From NCBI GenBank assembly GCA_020852965.1, contig JADYZV010000052.1:20989-84988 (forward strand): 64,000 nt of DNA, written 5' to 3'. The DNA comes from Pirellulaceae bacterium (GTDB lineage: Bacteria; Planctomycetota; Planctomycetia; Pirellulales; Pirellulaceae). This document shows, one piece after another, positions 36,948 to 46,650 of the stretch (position 1 is the stretch's first letter; each line of letters starts with the position of its first letter). The notes under the pieces were generated by a model, which made no database searches, was not told the DNA's origin, and worked only from the letters and a program-made list of their open reading frames with translations. A program made the position numbers and the translations under genes.

Positions 36948-37922
36948 ATGACGAAAATACGTGACTTCCTTGGTCCCTATCGGTTGGCCCGCCTGATTCG
37001 TTTGGGGAGCTCTTGCCAAGTCTGGGAAGCGATCGAGACCGAGACGGGAGATCGATACGCCTTGAAAGTTCTGCGCGAAGATTTCCGCAGTAACAAGCAG
37101 GAGGTCTCTTTTTTGCGCAATGAGTATCATATAGCTCAGAGCATGAATCATCCTAACATCATCAAGATGTACGATTTGGTGCTGACCGGCCCTGCACCAT
37201 TTTTGGTGTTGGAGTTGTTTAGCGAATTGAATATGAAGCAAGCTCTCCGTCGCGGTTCGGAGTCGATTGCTTACATGCTCGGTAAGATCATCGCCGAGTC
37301 GATCAAGGGGCTATATCACATGCACGGCCACGGCTATGTTCACTGCGACATTAAGCCCGACAACTTTTTGGTTAGCCGCGACGGGGATGTGAAGCTGATC
37401 GACTTCACAATCTCTCAGAAAGTGAAGAAAGGGATAGTTAAATTTTTTGCGGGCAAGACCAAACAAATCCAAGGGACGCGGAGCTATATGTCTCCCGAAC
37501 AGATTCGCGGACTGCCACTCGACCCACGTTCGGATATTTATTCGTTCGGTTGCGTCATGTTTGAAATGGTCACTGGCAAACTGCCCTACACGGGGGAGAG
37601 TCCCAACGATTTACTCAACAAACATATTTCCGCGCCGCTGCCATCCCCCTTGGTTGCCAACGACAATGTCACCGCTGAGTTTGCTGCCGTCATTCGTTCG
37701 GCGATGGCCAAGCGCCCTGACGACCGTCCCAACTCGATGTGGGACTTGTTGAAAGTAGTTGAGAACACGCAGATATTCAAGAAGGCACCGCGCATACCAG
37801 AAAAAAGCATCTTCGATGACTTCCCCACTTCGGGGCGTATCATGAATCAAGAGCAGGCCGCACCCGAATCAGACAAAGAAGTGAGCGGTGACAAGAAGAG
37901 CAGGGGGGAGGAGGAAGATTGA
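36948..37922 (+). CDS. Hanks-type Ser/Thr protein kinase (cytoplasmic, DFT in place of DFG)
   Basis: YALK, HCDIKPDN, DFT, GTRSYMSPEQ and SDIYSFG. Confidence 0.9.
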   Translation: MTKIRDFLGPYRLARLIRLGSSCQVWEAIETETGDRYALKVLREDFRSNKQEVSFLRNEYHIAQSMNHPNIIKMYDLVLTGPAPFLVLELFSELNMKQALRRGSESIAYMLGKIIAESIKGLYHMHGHGYVHCDIKPDNFLVSRDGDVKLIDFTISQKVKKGIVKFFAGKTKQIQGTRSYMSPEQIRGLPLDPRSDIYSFGCVMFEMVTGKLPYTGESPNDLLNKHISAPLPSPLVANDNVTAEFAAVIRSAMAKRPDDRPNSMWDLLKVVENTQIFKKAPRIPEKSIFDDFPTSGRIMNQEQAAPESDKEVSGDKKSRGEEED

Positions 37923-38113
37923 TTTTTCAATCTCCAGAAGAATATCGAGGAGCCTACTCATTCTGCTAGATATGAAATCGCGCTCGTGCTCGTGCTCGGG
38001 CACCTTTGAATACTGATTACGCGTTGGCTTGTCGAGAGTGAGATCGAAAACAATACCCGAGCGCGAATGAGATTAATTTAAGTTTAATAACACATTAACC
38101 AAAATCTACGACT

Positions 38114-39109
38114 ATGTCCAAAATCCCTACTGGTCCGGATTTCGAGCAGCCCATGCTGGAGCTCGAGGTCAAGATCCAGGAACTGCTACAGCACACCCCG
38201 GGCAACGATGCGGTCGAGCAGCAGATTATCGCACTGCGCCGACAGTGGATCGACATCACCACTGGCATCTATGGCAATTTGTCACCCTGGCAAACAGTCC
38301 AAGTGGCTCGTCATAAAGACCGACCCTACACGCGCGACTATTTGAATTTGGCTTTCGACGAATTCGTCGAATTGCATGGCGATAAGCACTTCGGTGACGA
38401 CCGCGCGGTACTCACCGGTTTTGCCAAAATCGATCAGTTCAAAGTGATGGTCGTCGGTCACCAAAAGGGACGCACCTATCGCGAACGAACTACGTGCAAT
38501 TTCGGCTGCGCGCATCCCGAAGGCTATCGCAAGGCGATGAGCAAAATGCGCATGGCCGAAAAGTATCAGATGCCGATCATTTGCTTTATCGACACGCCGG
38601 GAGCCTACCCGGGCATTGGTGCCGAAGAACGCGGTCAGGCGCAAGTGATCGCGGAAAGTATGTTTCAGATGAGTCAAATTCGGACGCCGATCATCTGTGT
38701 CATTATTGGCGAAGGTGGCTCGGGAGGCGCGTTGGGAATCGGCGTCGGCGACCGCGTGGCCGTGCTGCAGTATGCCTATTACTCCGTCATCAGCCCCGAA
38801 GGCTGTGCGGGAATATTGTGGAAGAGCCACCAGCACGCCCCAAAGGCGGCAGACGCCTTGAAGTTTACCTCGCGACATTTGCTCGATCTGAAAGTGGTCG
38901 ACGATGTGATCGAGGAGCCTCTGGGGGGCGCGCATCGCGATCACCACAAAATGGCCGCGCGGATGAAAAGTTATCTCGTCCGCTCGCTCGGCGAATTGTG
39001 CGGACAGCCGAGCGAGAGTCTCATCGCGCAGCGCTACGAGAAGTTTCGTCGCATGGGTGCATTCATCGATCCTTCGCAACACGATCCACTGGAAGCAACC
39101 GTCAGTTGA
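38114..39109 (+). CDS. accA: Acetyl-CoA carboxylase carboxyltransferase alpha subunit
   Basis: VQVARHKDRP, FVELHGDKHFGDD, HPEGYRKA, IDTPGAYPG and GEGGSGGALG. Confidence 0.97.
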   Translation: MSKIPTGPDFEQPMLELEVKIQELLQHTPGNDAVEQQIIALRRQWIDITTGIYGNLSPWQTVQVARHKDRPYTRDYLNLAFDEFVELHGDKHFGDDRAVLTGFAKIDQFKVMVVGHQKGRTYRERTTCNFGCAHPEGYRKAMSKMRMAEKYQMPIICFIDTPGAYPGIGAEERGQAQVIAESMFQMSQIRTPIICVIIGEGGSGGALGIGVGDRVAVLQYAYYSVISPEGCAGILWKSHQHAPKAADALKFTSRHLLDLKVVDDVIEEPLGGAHRDHHKMAARMKSYLVRSLGELCGQPSESLIAQRYEKFRRMGAFIDPSQHDPLEATVS

Positions 39110-39304
39110 TCGACGACTGTTGTCTTCGTTCCGGTCGCAATCGAGTTCACCCAGAGTCTGCGAAGCGAGGGCCAAGCCTTGGTATTTCCTGCTTGGAATC
39201 GCCGGGGAGCAACGTCCGATAATGTTTCTTATGTTCGGTTTGAAGTGCCATTTTCCCTGGGAAACAAGCGTTTGCGCTTGTCACTACCCTATCCGCACTG
39301 TATT

Positions 39305-39346
<42 letters not shown>

Positions 39347-39371
39347 TCGATTCGAGCACCGTGCTACTCAG

Positions 39372-40349
39372 TTAACGCGGTAACACATATCCCGGTTGCT
39401 GGGCTTGCTGCGGTGCCATCGGCAAGCTGGGCCTCAGGCCATTGTCGTAGCCCGCTGGAGCAACGCGGCTACTCGGCAGCGGTGTATTCGAATTGGATGT
39501 TCCGAGCGGCGGAAAAATCTGTGGCGCAGCGTTGGCATTCTGCCCTTCGGCCGGCGGGAAAATGCTGCCAGCATCGAAGCTCGGCAAGCCCCCGGTTGAA
39601 TCCCAGTTTTCAGGCGCGGCAGAGTTCGAATTCGCCGAACCGACCCCAGGGAGAAGCTGCGGCAAGGCGTTGCGAATTCCATTTTGAATCGAGTTCTGAA
39701 TACCGTTTTGGATTTCGTTTTGCATGCCGGTCGGAAATCCTTCGAGTCCCGGAATCCCACCGCTGGGCCAAATCGAGTCGTTGGGAGCGCCGTTGCCGTC
39801 CGCGTTGTCATCCACAGCGCCATCGAAGGCGCCACCGTTTTTGAGTTTGTCGTCCAACCTCGCCAAATAAGGTCCGACCACGTCGTGGATTTCACTGGGG
39901 AGAATTCCCATGCTGTTGTCGAGCGCTTTGGCGATATAGTAGCCCGATCGTGAATGACAGATAGCCGCTTGTTGCTTGGGGCCCAGTAGGCTAGTCGCGA
40001 ACATGGTGATCAATAAACAGTAGACCAAGCCCTTAGCCAAACCGAAGGCGGCGCCTAAATGGCGATCGAATTCTTTCAGCCGCACACGATCGATACTGGT
40101 GCTGAGCAGCCGGAAGCCGACCCAGATCACGAACGAAGTGCCGACGTACAGAATCAACATCGCCAGGAATTGATTCCACGGAGGTTTGGCTTGAATCATC
40201 TCGGCCACGTCAAATCGAAAGCGATAGGCGACCACATAACTGACAATAATCGATGCCAGCGAAGCGACTTGCCAGGCAAAGCCCTTGATGGCACCGAAGA
40301 TGGTAGCCATGCCTAGCACGATCAGCATGATTAAGTCGTAACCTTGCAC
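39372..40349 (-). CDS. cvpA: CvpA family membrane protein with long low-complexity C-terminal tail
   Basis: YDLIML..GAIKGFAWQV..; FDRHLGAAFGLAKG..; SRSG. Confidence 0.8.
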   Translation of the reverse strand: MQGYDLIMLIVLGMATIFGAIKGFAWQVASLASIIVSYVVAYRFRFDVAEMIQAKPPWNQFLAMLILYVGTSFVIWVGFRLLSTSIDRVRLKEFDRHLGAAFGLAKGLVYCLLITMFATSLLGPKQQAAICHSRSGYYIAKALDNSMGILPSEIHDVVGPYLARLDDKLKNGGAFDGAVDDNADGNGAPNDSIWPSGGIPGLEGFPTGMQNEIQNGIQNSIQNGIRNALPQLLPGVGSANSNSAAPENWDSTGGLPSFDAGSIFPPAEGQNANAAPQIFPPLGTSNSNTPLPSSRVAPAGYDNGLRPSLPMAPQQAQQPGYVLPR

Positions 40350-40655
40350 CGGAACCTCACTCGCGCTTGTGGCGACAGTTTAAAGATAGTTAAGCTAATG
40401 CTAATTCGTTGAGCGAACAGTCGGCAGCGACTCTAGCAGATGGGCCACCATACGCGAAGAGCGTTTTGACGAAGAAAGCTCACGTATTTGCTAGCACTCG
40501 TTTTCGGGACATTCTTCGCTGAGCGCAAACACGTGACCAACCCATGACGTGCACTATTGCCCTTTTTCCCGAGCGTTGACATCGAGTAAAGTCGCTCCTT
40601 GAACGGCCCCTAAAAGGCATCTTCGCTTTTCGCTCAACGAGAACGATCGAGAATC

Positions 40656-41378
40656 ATGGCTGATTTTAAAACTCACATGACCGTTAGCACGGCCACGGGA
40701 GTCGTGTTGGCGGTGGCTGGTAGCCAAGTCGGCATGCATCCCACGACCTGTATTCTTGCCGGTGGCTTGTGCAGCGTTAGCGGTATGCTACCCGATTTGG
40801 ATAGCGACTCCGGACGACCACTGCGCGAAGCGACTACGTTGGGAGCGGCTGTGATTCCGATGTTGATGGTGGAGCGCTTCCAACGCTTGGACTTTGATCA
40901 CGAACAGATGGTGCTGGCAGCCGCCTTGGTCTATGTCACCATACGATTCTTCTTGGCTGAAATTTTCCGACGCTATACAGTTCATCGCGGCATGTGGCAT
41001 AGCGTGCCCGCCGCGCTAACTGCAGGCTTGGTTGCCTTTCTGGTCATGTCGTCGGAAGATATTGCACCACGCATGTTCAAGGCGTCCGCAGTGGTGGTTG
41101 GCTTCCTGAGCCACTTGATCCTCGACGAGATCTGGTCGGTCGACTTCCGTCGTGGCAAGTACGCGTTCAAGAGTTCGTTCGGCACCGCCTTGAAGTTGTG
41201 GGGTAACAATGCTTGGGCCAACTACATGACCTGGGGGAAACTTGGGCTGGTCAGCTTTCTCGTCTGGCAGGACGAAGGCTTTATGGCGCGATTTGGTTTT
41301 GAGAAAACCGATGTCCCGCACACAGCCACGCAGTTGTTCAATATTATTGTCGAACACAGTGAAGCCTGGTTGCGCTAA
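40656..41378 (+). CDS. Inner-membrane metal-dependent hydrolase (YdjM-like)
   Basis: FKTH, LPDLD, HRGMWHS and SHLILD motifs with TM helices. Confidence 0.85.
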   Translation: MADFKTHMTVSTATGVVLAVAGSQVGMHPTTCILAGGLCSVSGMLPDLDSDSGRPLREATTLGAAVIPMLMVERFQRLDFDHEQMVLAAALVYVTIRFFLAEIFRRYTVHRGMWHSVPAALTAGLVAFLVMSSEDIAPRMFKASAVVVGFLSHLILDEIWSVDFRRGKYAFKSSFGTALKLWGNNAWANYMTWGKLGLVSFLVWQDEGFMARFGFEKTDVPHTATQLFNIIVEHSEAWLR

Positions 41379-41626
41379 ATGAAGCTTGGTTGCGCCAAAT
41401 GAAGCTTGGTTGCGTTAAATATAGTAGGCACACTCCGTGTGCCGCAACCAAGGTACCCTCCCGCGCGCGGGAGGGTCGGGCTATCAGGCCCGGGGAGGGC
41501 CAGCCTCACACGCATTTCCCGCTCGAGCCCGTCCGCTGCTCGACCTCGCGCAGGCTGGCCGTTCTGGTGCCGCAGAGTCGTTTCGGTTGGCACATCACCT
41601 GCGCGATCGCGCTGCGCGGTTAAACA
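41377..41626. repeat. Cluster of small repeats: 22-bp direct duplication, GTAG-hairpin and GCGCTGCGCGGTTAAACA element
   Basis: AAATGAAGCTTGGTTGCG x2; GTAG-GCACAC-TCC-GTGTGC (41424-41444); 18-mer at 41609-41626 is identical to 11127-11144 and 61391-61408. Confidence 0.75.
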
Positions 41627-41677
41627 GACCCGTTTGCCGTCATCCCTAACGCGCTGCACAACGATCGCTATAGCAAC

Positions 41678-42127
41678 TTAAAATGCTTTGCGGCTGTCAA
41701 TTAGTATCGTGACCGGACCATCGTTGACTAACATGACTTGCATATCCGCTTGGAACCTCCCCTGCCCCACCGCGATGCCGGCGGCCATCAGTTTTTGGCA
41801 GTAACTTTCGTAAAGTTGATTGGCCTCTTCGGGCTGTGCAGCGGCCGTGAAACTTGGACGCCGACCGCGCCGTACGTCACCAAGCAGGGTGAATTGGCTG
41901 ACTACCAACACGGCACCGCCACACTCGATCACGCTACGGTTCATCAGTCCACCCTCGTCGGAGAAAATCCGCAGACCGCTCGTCTTGTCGGCCAGGTAGC
42001 GCGCATCGCTCTCGGTGTCTCCCTGCGCGACACCCAACAAGACAAGCAAGCCCTGCCCGATAGCTGCGACGGGTTGGTCTTCAATACGCACGCTGGCTTC
42101 CAGGACACGTTGTATGACTGCTCGCAT
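41678..42127 (-). CDS. dtd: D-aminoacyl-tRNA deacylase
   Basis: [20 protein letters not shown] and C-terminal NDGPVT. Confidence 0.96.
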   Translation of the reverse strand: MRAVIQRVLEASVRIEDQPVAAIGQGLLVLLGVAQGDTESDARYLADKTSGLRIFSDEGGLMNRSVIECGGAVLVVSQFTLLGDVRRGRRPSFTAAAQPEEANQLYESYCQKLMAAGIAVGQGRFQADMQVMLVNDGPVTILIDSRKAF

Positions 42128-42274
42128 GCTGGTCCTCTCCCCTGCTCTGCTGTTGGATAATCGTGGATCGCTCCGTCGATCCATATTTTTGATTCGTCGT
42201 GTGTTAGAATAGCTCTCCGAGCGCGGTAGCGATACAGCGCAGCTCGCTGTCTGTCTCAACGATTAGTGTGCCGT

Positions 42275-43213
42275 ATGCCTTTTCAATTTACCTGCCCCTA
42301 CTGTTTCAAAAAGACGCTGGTCGACGATGCGATCGCCGGCGAGAGTGGACCATGCGCCAGTTGTGGTAAGACAATCACGGTCCCCGAACCACCTGCTCGC
42401 CTGCCACATGCGACTGAACCCGTTGACCACCCGCCTTTGAAGGTTCGTTCGGTGCGGGTTCGGAGAAGAGTCTTGGCCTGGAGCGTGCAAGCAGTAGGCT
42501 TGATTGCGGCAGTGACCGTCGTTTTTGGCCTGTCGAGCTATCTATTGTGGCCGACGTTCCAAGGGCTCAAGGCGCGTCGCGATCGAGTGGCCAGTTTCAA
42601 TAACCTGCAACGTATTGCTGAAGCGCTCAACGCGTACGCGATCCAGCATGGCAGCTACCCTCCGCCGGTCGTTTCCGATGCGAGTGGCAAGCCGCTTTAC
42701 AGTTGGCGAGTACTGATACTCGAACAATTAGGTGAATCGCATTTGGCCAGCAAATTTCGTCGCGACTTGGCGTGGGATGCACCCGAAAATGCCAGCATTC
42801 TCTCCCAGTGCCCGTCCGTCTTCATGTGCCCTACGTTCAATCGGATGCAAGTCGCTGCGAGTGCAAATTACGCGCTAATTACGGGAACCAACACGCTCTT
42901 TCCGAGCGGCGGCCCGCTGTCGCCCGGTCAAGTGACCGATGGCCGCGATCGCACGCTGCTAGTCGTCGAAGTCGACACGGCAGGTGGCGAGTGGAGTCAG
43001 CCGTGGGACATCGACGTCGCTAAACTCAATACCAAGATCGGCTTTGGAGGAATCAATGCCATCGGAGGCAATCACGTTGGCGGCGCTGCGATCGCCTTTG
43101 CGGATGGCACGCCGGGTTGGTTGCCCGAAGCCCTCTCCCCTGCCCTGCTCCGCGGCTTGATCAGTCCAGCCGGCGGCGAACCGATCGACCCAGTCGAGTT
43201 TCAGCAAAAGTAG
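42275..43213 (+). CDS. DUF1559 domain protein with N-terminal zinc ribbon
   Basis: CPYC..CASC, one TM helix, NNLQRIAEAL..Y...HGSYPP, SWRVLIL, W..P and H.GG...AFADG. Confidence 0.88.
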   Translation: MPFQFTCPYCFKKTLVDDAIAGESGPCASCGKTITVPEPPARLPHATEPVDHPPLKVRSVRVRRRVLAWSVQAVGLIAAVTVVFGLSSYLLWPTFQGLKARRDRVASFNNLQRIAEALNAYAIQHGSYPPPVVSDASGKPLYSWRVLILEQLGESHLASKFRRDLAWDAPENASILSQCPSVFMCPTFNRMQVAASANYALITGTNTLFPSGGPLSPGQVTDGRDRTLLVVEVDTAGGEWSQPWDIDVAKLNTKIGFGGINAIGGNHVGGAAIAFADGTPGWLPEALSPALLRGLISPAGGEPIDPVEFQQK

Positions 43214-43316
43214 CAGGCCCTTGGAGTGCGGAGATTCATCCCCGCTTTGGCCCTACTCAAAGTTCGCACCAGCACAAATGCTAGTGGTCTGTTACAGCTA
43301 AGAATTAGGGTTGAAG

Positions 43317-43383
43317 GTAGTGGACGAAGTTACGAGTCCCCAACGTATTACGAATCATAGGGACTCGTAACCTCGTCCACTAC
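43317..43383. repeat. GTAG-type REP doublet
   Basis: Same family as 4251-4332. Confidence 0.85.
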
Positions 43384-43408
43384 CCTCAATTTAAATGTGG
43401 TTGATGCA

Positions 43409-43543
43409 CTAGGTTGCGCGTGGCATTCGTCGAAGATACATTTTGCGCCAAGCATGAGCCCATTCTTGCTCGCTCTCAATGGAGCGTTCGCAATCAATCT
43501 TGGCGTCTTCTTCAATGGCATCGCCGTTGTCTTGGTTCTTCAT
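43409..43543 (-). CDS. Possible 44-aa small protein (not in the ORF track)
   Basis: MKNQDNGDAIEEDAKIDCERSIESEQEWAHAWRKMYLRRMPRAT*, co-oriented 52 nt after the cfa-like stop. Confidence 0.4.
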   Translation of the reverse strand: MKNQDNGDAIEEDAKIDCERSIESEQEWAHAWRKMYLRRMPRAT

Positions 43544-43595
43544 CCGTCCGAAACGCTGACACCCGAGGTAGCATAAGTTTCAGTGAGCCAAAACT

Positions 43596-44948
43596 CTACG
43601 CGACACGAGGAAGTCGACGTGGGCTGTCAGTCGCATACAAGTGCTCCCGGGTCGGTGGCATCCCAGAATGACCTCGCTGCACTTGTTTGGTGGCAACAGT
43701 CTGGAAGATGCGTGCCGAGCCATCCTGCAAAGCCATGGCGACTCCGCCCAAGTAGAGCAACCACATGCGATATTTTTCCTCGCCAACCATGCGGATGGCC
43801 TCCGTCTTGTTGGCTTCCAGCCGCCGCGCCCAGTGTTCACAGGTGAGGCCGTAGTGGTCGCGCCAGCCTTCGACATCGTGTACTTCAAAGCCGCTGGATT
43901 CCATGCTGTCGAGCACATGTCCTTGGTGATCCAATTCACCGCCCGGGAAGATGTACTTGGTAAGCAAGCGACGTTCGGCGTTCTTCCGATTGAATTTCCG
44001 AGCGCTACTTTTTGCGGGGCGCGTGATGGCGTGATTCAGAAACAGTCCACCTGGTACCAACACGGAGCGAACTTTCTGCATATAGTTCGGCAGGTTCTTA
44101 ATACCGACATGTTCTGCCATTCCAACGGAAGAGACTTTGTCGTACTCCCCCTGCACATCGTTGTAGTCGCAGATGGCCGCCGTCACTCGACCTTGCAGCC
44201 CCCGCTCCTCGATGCGCTGGTGCGCAATTTCAAGTTGCGCGTCGGAAAGCGTAATCCCATGAGCTTTTACGCCGTAGTGCTCGGCCGCGTAGCAGATCAA
44301 CGCCCCCCAGCCGCAACCGATGTCAAGCATCCGGTCGCCAGGCTTGAGCTGCAGCTTGCGACAAATCATATCGAGTTTGTTCCGTTGCGCTTGCTCCAAG
44401 CTTTCGTCCCACGAGCGAAAGTATGCGCAACTGTAGACCATCTCTTTGTCGAGGAAAAGCTTGTAGAACTCGTTGCCGATATCGTAGTGGAATTTGATAA
44501 AGTCGCGATTGTCGGATTGCTTGCGATGGAATCCCTGGTCATCTCCCTGAAATCGCAGTTCGCTGGAGGCGTCCACGTTGCGCGCCAGCGCGAAGTTGAA
44601 GAAGGCCTTGGCGGCAAGTAGTTTGGGTATCGAGCGAGACCGTCGTCGGGAGCCTTTCACTCGTGCGGTCCTCATAAACTCGACGATGTTTGCTCCTTGG
44701 AAGTCGACGTGGCCGCGCGCGTAGAGGCACAGCAGATTCTCAGCGGTCGGGCGTCGAATCATGGCTCCAATAACGCCCGGCCCGGAGATCGAAATCTCGT
44801 AGCCTTCGAGCACATTGCTGCCTAGTGGATGAAGCGAGCCATCCCACAGGCGGAGCGAGATTCTGGCGTCAAGTTTCTCGGCCAGTCGCTGGCAAACTTC
44901 CTTGATGCTAGCAAGCTGCTTTTCGGATCGATTCGTTTTATTGACCAT
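43596..44948 (-). CDS. cfa: Cyclopropane-fatty-acyl-phospholipid synthase family SAM methyltransferase
   Basis: HYDIGNEFY, YSCAYF, LDIGCGWG, SVGMAEHVG and YIFPGGEL. Confidence 0.88.
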   Translation of the reverse strand: MVNKTNRSEKQLASIKEVCQRLAEKLDARISLRLWDGSLHPLGSNVLEGYEISISGPGVIGAMIRRPTAENLLCLYARGHVDFQGANIVEFMRTARVKGSRRRSRSIPKLLAAKAFFNFALARNVDASSELRFQGDDQGFHRKQSDNRDFIKFHYDIGNEFYKLFLDKEMVYSCAYFRSWDESLEQAQRNKLDMICRKLQLKPGDRMLDIGCGWGALICYAAEHYGVKAHGITLSDAQLEIAHQRIEERGLQGRVTAAICDYNDVQGEYDKVSSVGMAEHVGIKNLPNYMQKVRSVLVPGGLFLNHAITRPAKSSARKFNRKNAERRLLTKYIFPGGELDHQGHVLDSMESSGFEVHDVEGWRDHYGLTCEHWARRLEANKTEAIRMVGEEKYRMWLLYLGGVAMALQDGSARIFQTVATKQVQRGHSGMPPTREHLYATDSPRRLPRVA

Positions 44949-45168
44949 GCGCTGGACTCCCCGACTTTTCGAATATAGACTGCTAACTTAGAGCAATTTA
45001 GGCTGCCAGAAGTCAACCCGAATTCGAGCTCAAAACGCTGGAGTACTGTATTTAGGGGATACAGCTTGGGAAGTTTTTATTCCTAGCGGTCCAACTCGGA
45101 GGCTGTTCTATTTAACTCGAAATGCCCAGCTCAATGCTCGCGACGCGAGTGCGCGCATTTCTGTAGAG

Positions 45169-45432
45169 TTATCCCCAGGCAAGCACCTCATAGAACATCG
45201 GGTCACAGCCAAAATTGGCGACCGTGAATTCGACGAAGCGAATCAACTCTTCGTCGACGAAAAGCCGGTATCGACGGAGTCTGTCTTCAGTTATATGGGC
45301 CTTGTGGGAGCCGATGACGGATTCGTTCAGAACTTGAAGACCGGTGCTGTGGGAGAGCCATTCGTGATCGTGGCCAATGGCGGCATCCCAACACAAATAC
45401 CAGCTTGGATGTGGATCGAATAACTCGCACAC
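45169..45432 (-). CDS. Short hypothetical ORF, possibly a gene remnant
   Basis: 87-aa ORF in AT-richer DNA. An in-frame TGA lies two codons upstream and the frame is open beyond it. Confidence 0.3.
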   Translation of the reverse strand: MCELFDPHPSWYLCWDAAIGHDHEWLSHSTGLQVLNESVIGSHKAHITEDRLRRYRLFVDEELIRFVEFTVANFGCDPMFYEVLAWG

Positions 45433-45547
45433 AATTCAGCACAGCCTGCGGAAATGCGTCCCCCGTTTATCGTTTTGACAAAGAATTAGTAAGAAATTCT
45501 TGTTAAGCTGGAGGGAGTTCCACCAGCACTCGTTTTACGGCCAGCCA

Positions 45548-45751
45548 ATGGATGACATAATTGAAGTATACAAAAAAGATATCGATCGCAGCCTATTGCG
45601 TGAGAACTTGAAGCTCACGCCACAGCAACGCAGCGAGAGGTTCGAAGTTGCCATGCGGTTGATTTTTGAGCTGCGACGAGCGGCCGAACTAAGGCGAACC
45701 ACCAAACGTCTGCTCGAAGCGGAGTCGGCGAGCAAGCAACGCGAGGCATGA
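45548..45751 (+). CDS. Small helical protein, putative partner/antitoxin of the nucleotidyltransferase
   Basis: DIDRSLLRENLKLTPQQRSERF; stop lies 3 nt before the next ATG. Confidence 0.7.
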   Translation: MDDIIEVYKKDIDRSLLRENLKLTPQQRSERFEVAMRLIFELRRAAELRRTTKRLLEAESASKQREA

Positions 45752-45754
45752 TGC

Positions 45755-46240
45755 ATGACGGAAAAGGGATTTCGAGACATTCTTGGCGCATTGTGCTCTG
45801 GCAACGTCGAATTTATTTTAATTGGGGGGCTAGCAGCCATGGCGCATGGTTCGGCGCGTGCAACGGTCGATGTCGATGTCGTCTACAGACGCACATTGGA
45901 AAACATGCACCGTATCGAACAGACACTTGCGCCGTTTGCTCCCTACTTGCGCGGAGCACCACTCGGCTTGCCATTTCGCTTTGATGTGGCCACCATTTCG
46001 TCGGGTCTTAACTTCACGCTGCGCACCTCAATTGGCGACCTTGATTTATTAGGTGAAGTCGTGGGTGGTGGAGATTTCGAACGCTTGATCACACATAGCG
46101 AAACTATCAAACTTTTTGGAAACGATATGCAGTGTGTCACGTTGGCGAAGCTAATCGAACTCAAGCGAGCCGCTGGACGGCCGAAGGATTTAGACGCTAT
46201 CGCAGAGCTTGAAACGCTACAGGACGAACTAGAATCGTAG
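45755..46240 (+). CDS. Minimal nucleotidyltransferase-superfamily protein
   Basis: IGGLAA..HGSARATVDVD (GG-x-D-x-D NTase motif), DLDL and LIELKRAAGRPKD. Confidence 0.8.
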   Translation: MTEKGFRDILGALCSGNVEFILIGGLAAMAHGSARATVDVDVVYRRTLENMHRIEQTLAPFAPYLRGAPLGLPFRFDVATISSGLNFTLRTSIGDLDLLGEVVGGGDFERLITHSETIKLFGNDMQCVTLAKLIELKRAAGRPKDLDAIAELETLQDELES

Positions 46241-46332
46241 TCGGTGCGGCTACGCAAGAACTGTTAACGGTTGCGATCGCATGGCTGCCCACCTCTATAA
46301 CACAAAACATCGTCACCGGTGGGACACGTGTT

Positions 46333-46650
46333 TTAACTCGTTTGCGGCAAACGTGTGCGGATGATTTTCGTGGTTTGCTCGCTGGGCAAGATGGTGTCGC
46401 ACCACATCTCGCCTTCGAAGCGATAACGCACTTGGATGGCCTGCGCACTTCCGTCAGCAAAAGCAAGTTTGGCTTCGGCGAGCGTGGTGGTACGATCGTC
46501 TTTTGCGGCGCGCATTTGGACGTGCTCGACTTCCGCACCATCGCGCAAGTCGTCGAACAACTGCATCACTTGGTCCGCGCCCCACTCGGCTTGTAACAAC
46601 TCGGGAAGGGCGTCATCGATCGGCTGGTCGAATGGGTCGTCGATATTCAT
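46333..46650 (-). CDS. Acidic hypothetical protein, last gene of the nap operon
   Basis: ATGA overlap with the ferredoxin gene; no cofactor motifs. Confidence 0.75.
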   Translation of the reverse strand: MNIDDPFDQPIDDALPELLQAEWGADQVMQLFDDLRDGAEVEHVQMRAAKDDRTTTLAEAKLAFADGSAQAIQVRYRFEGEMWCDTILPSEQTTKIIRTRLPQTS

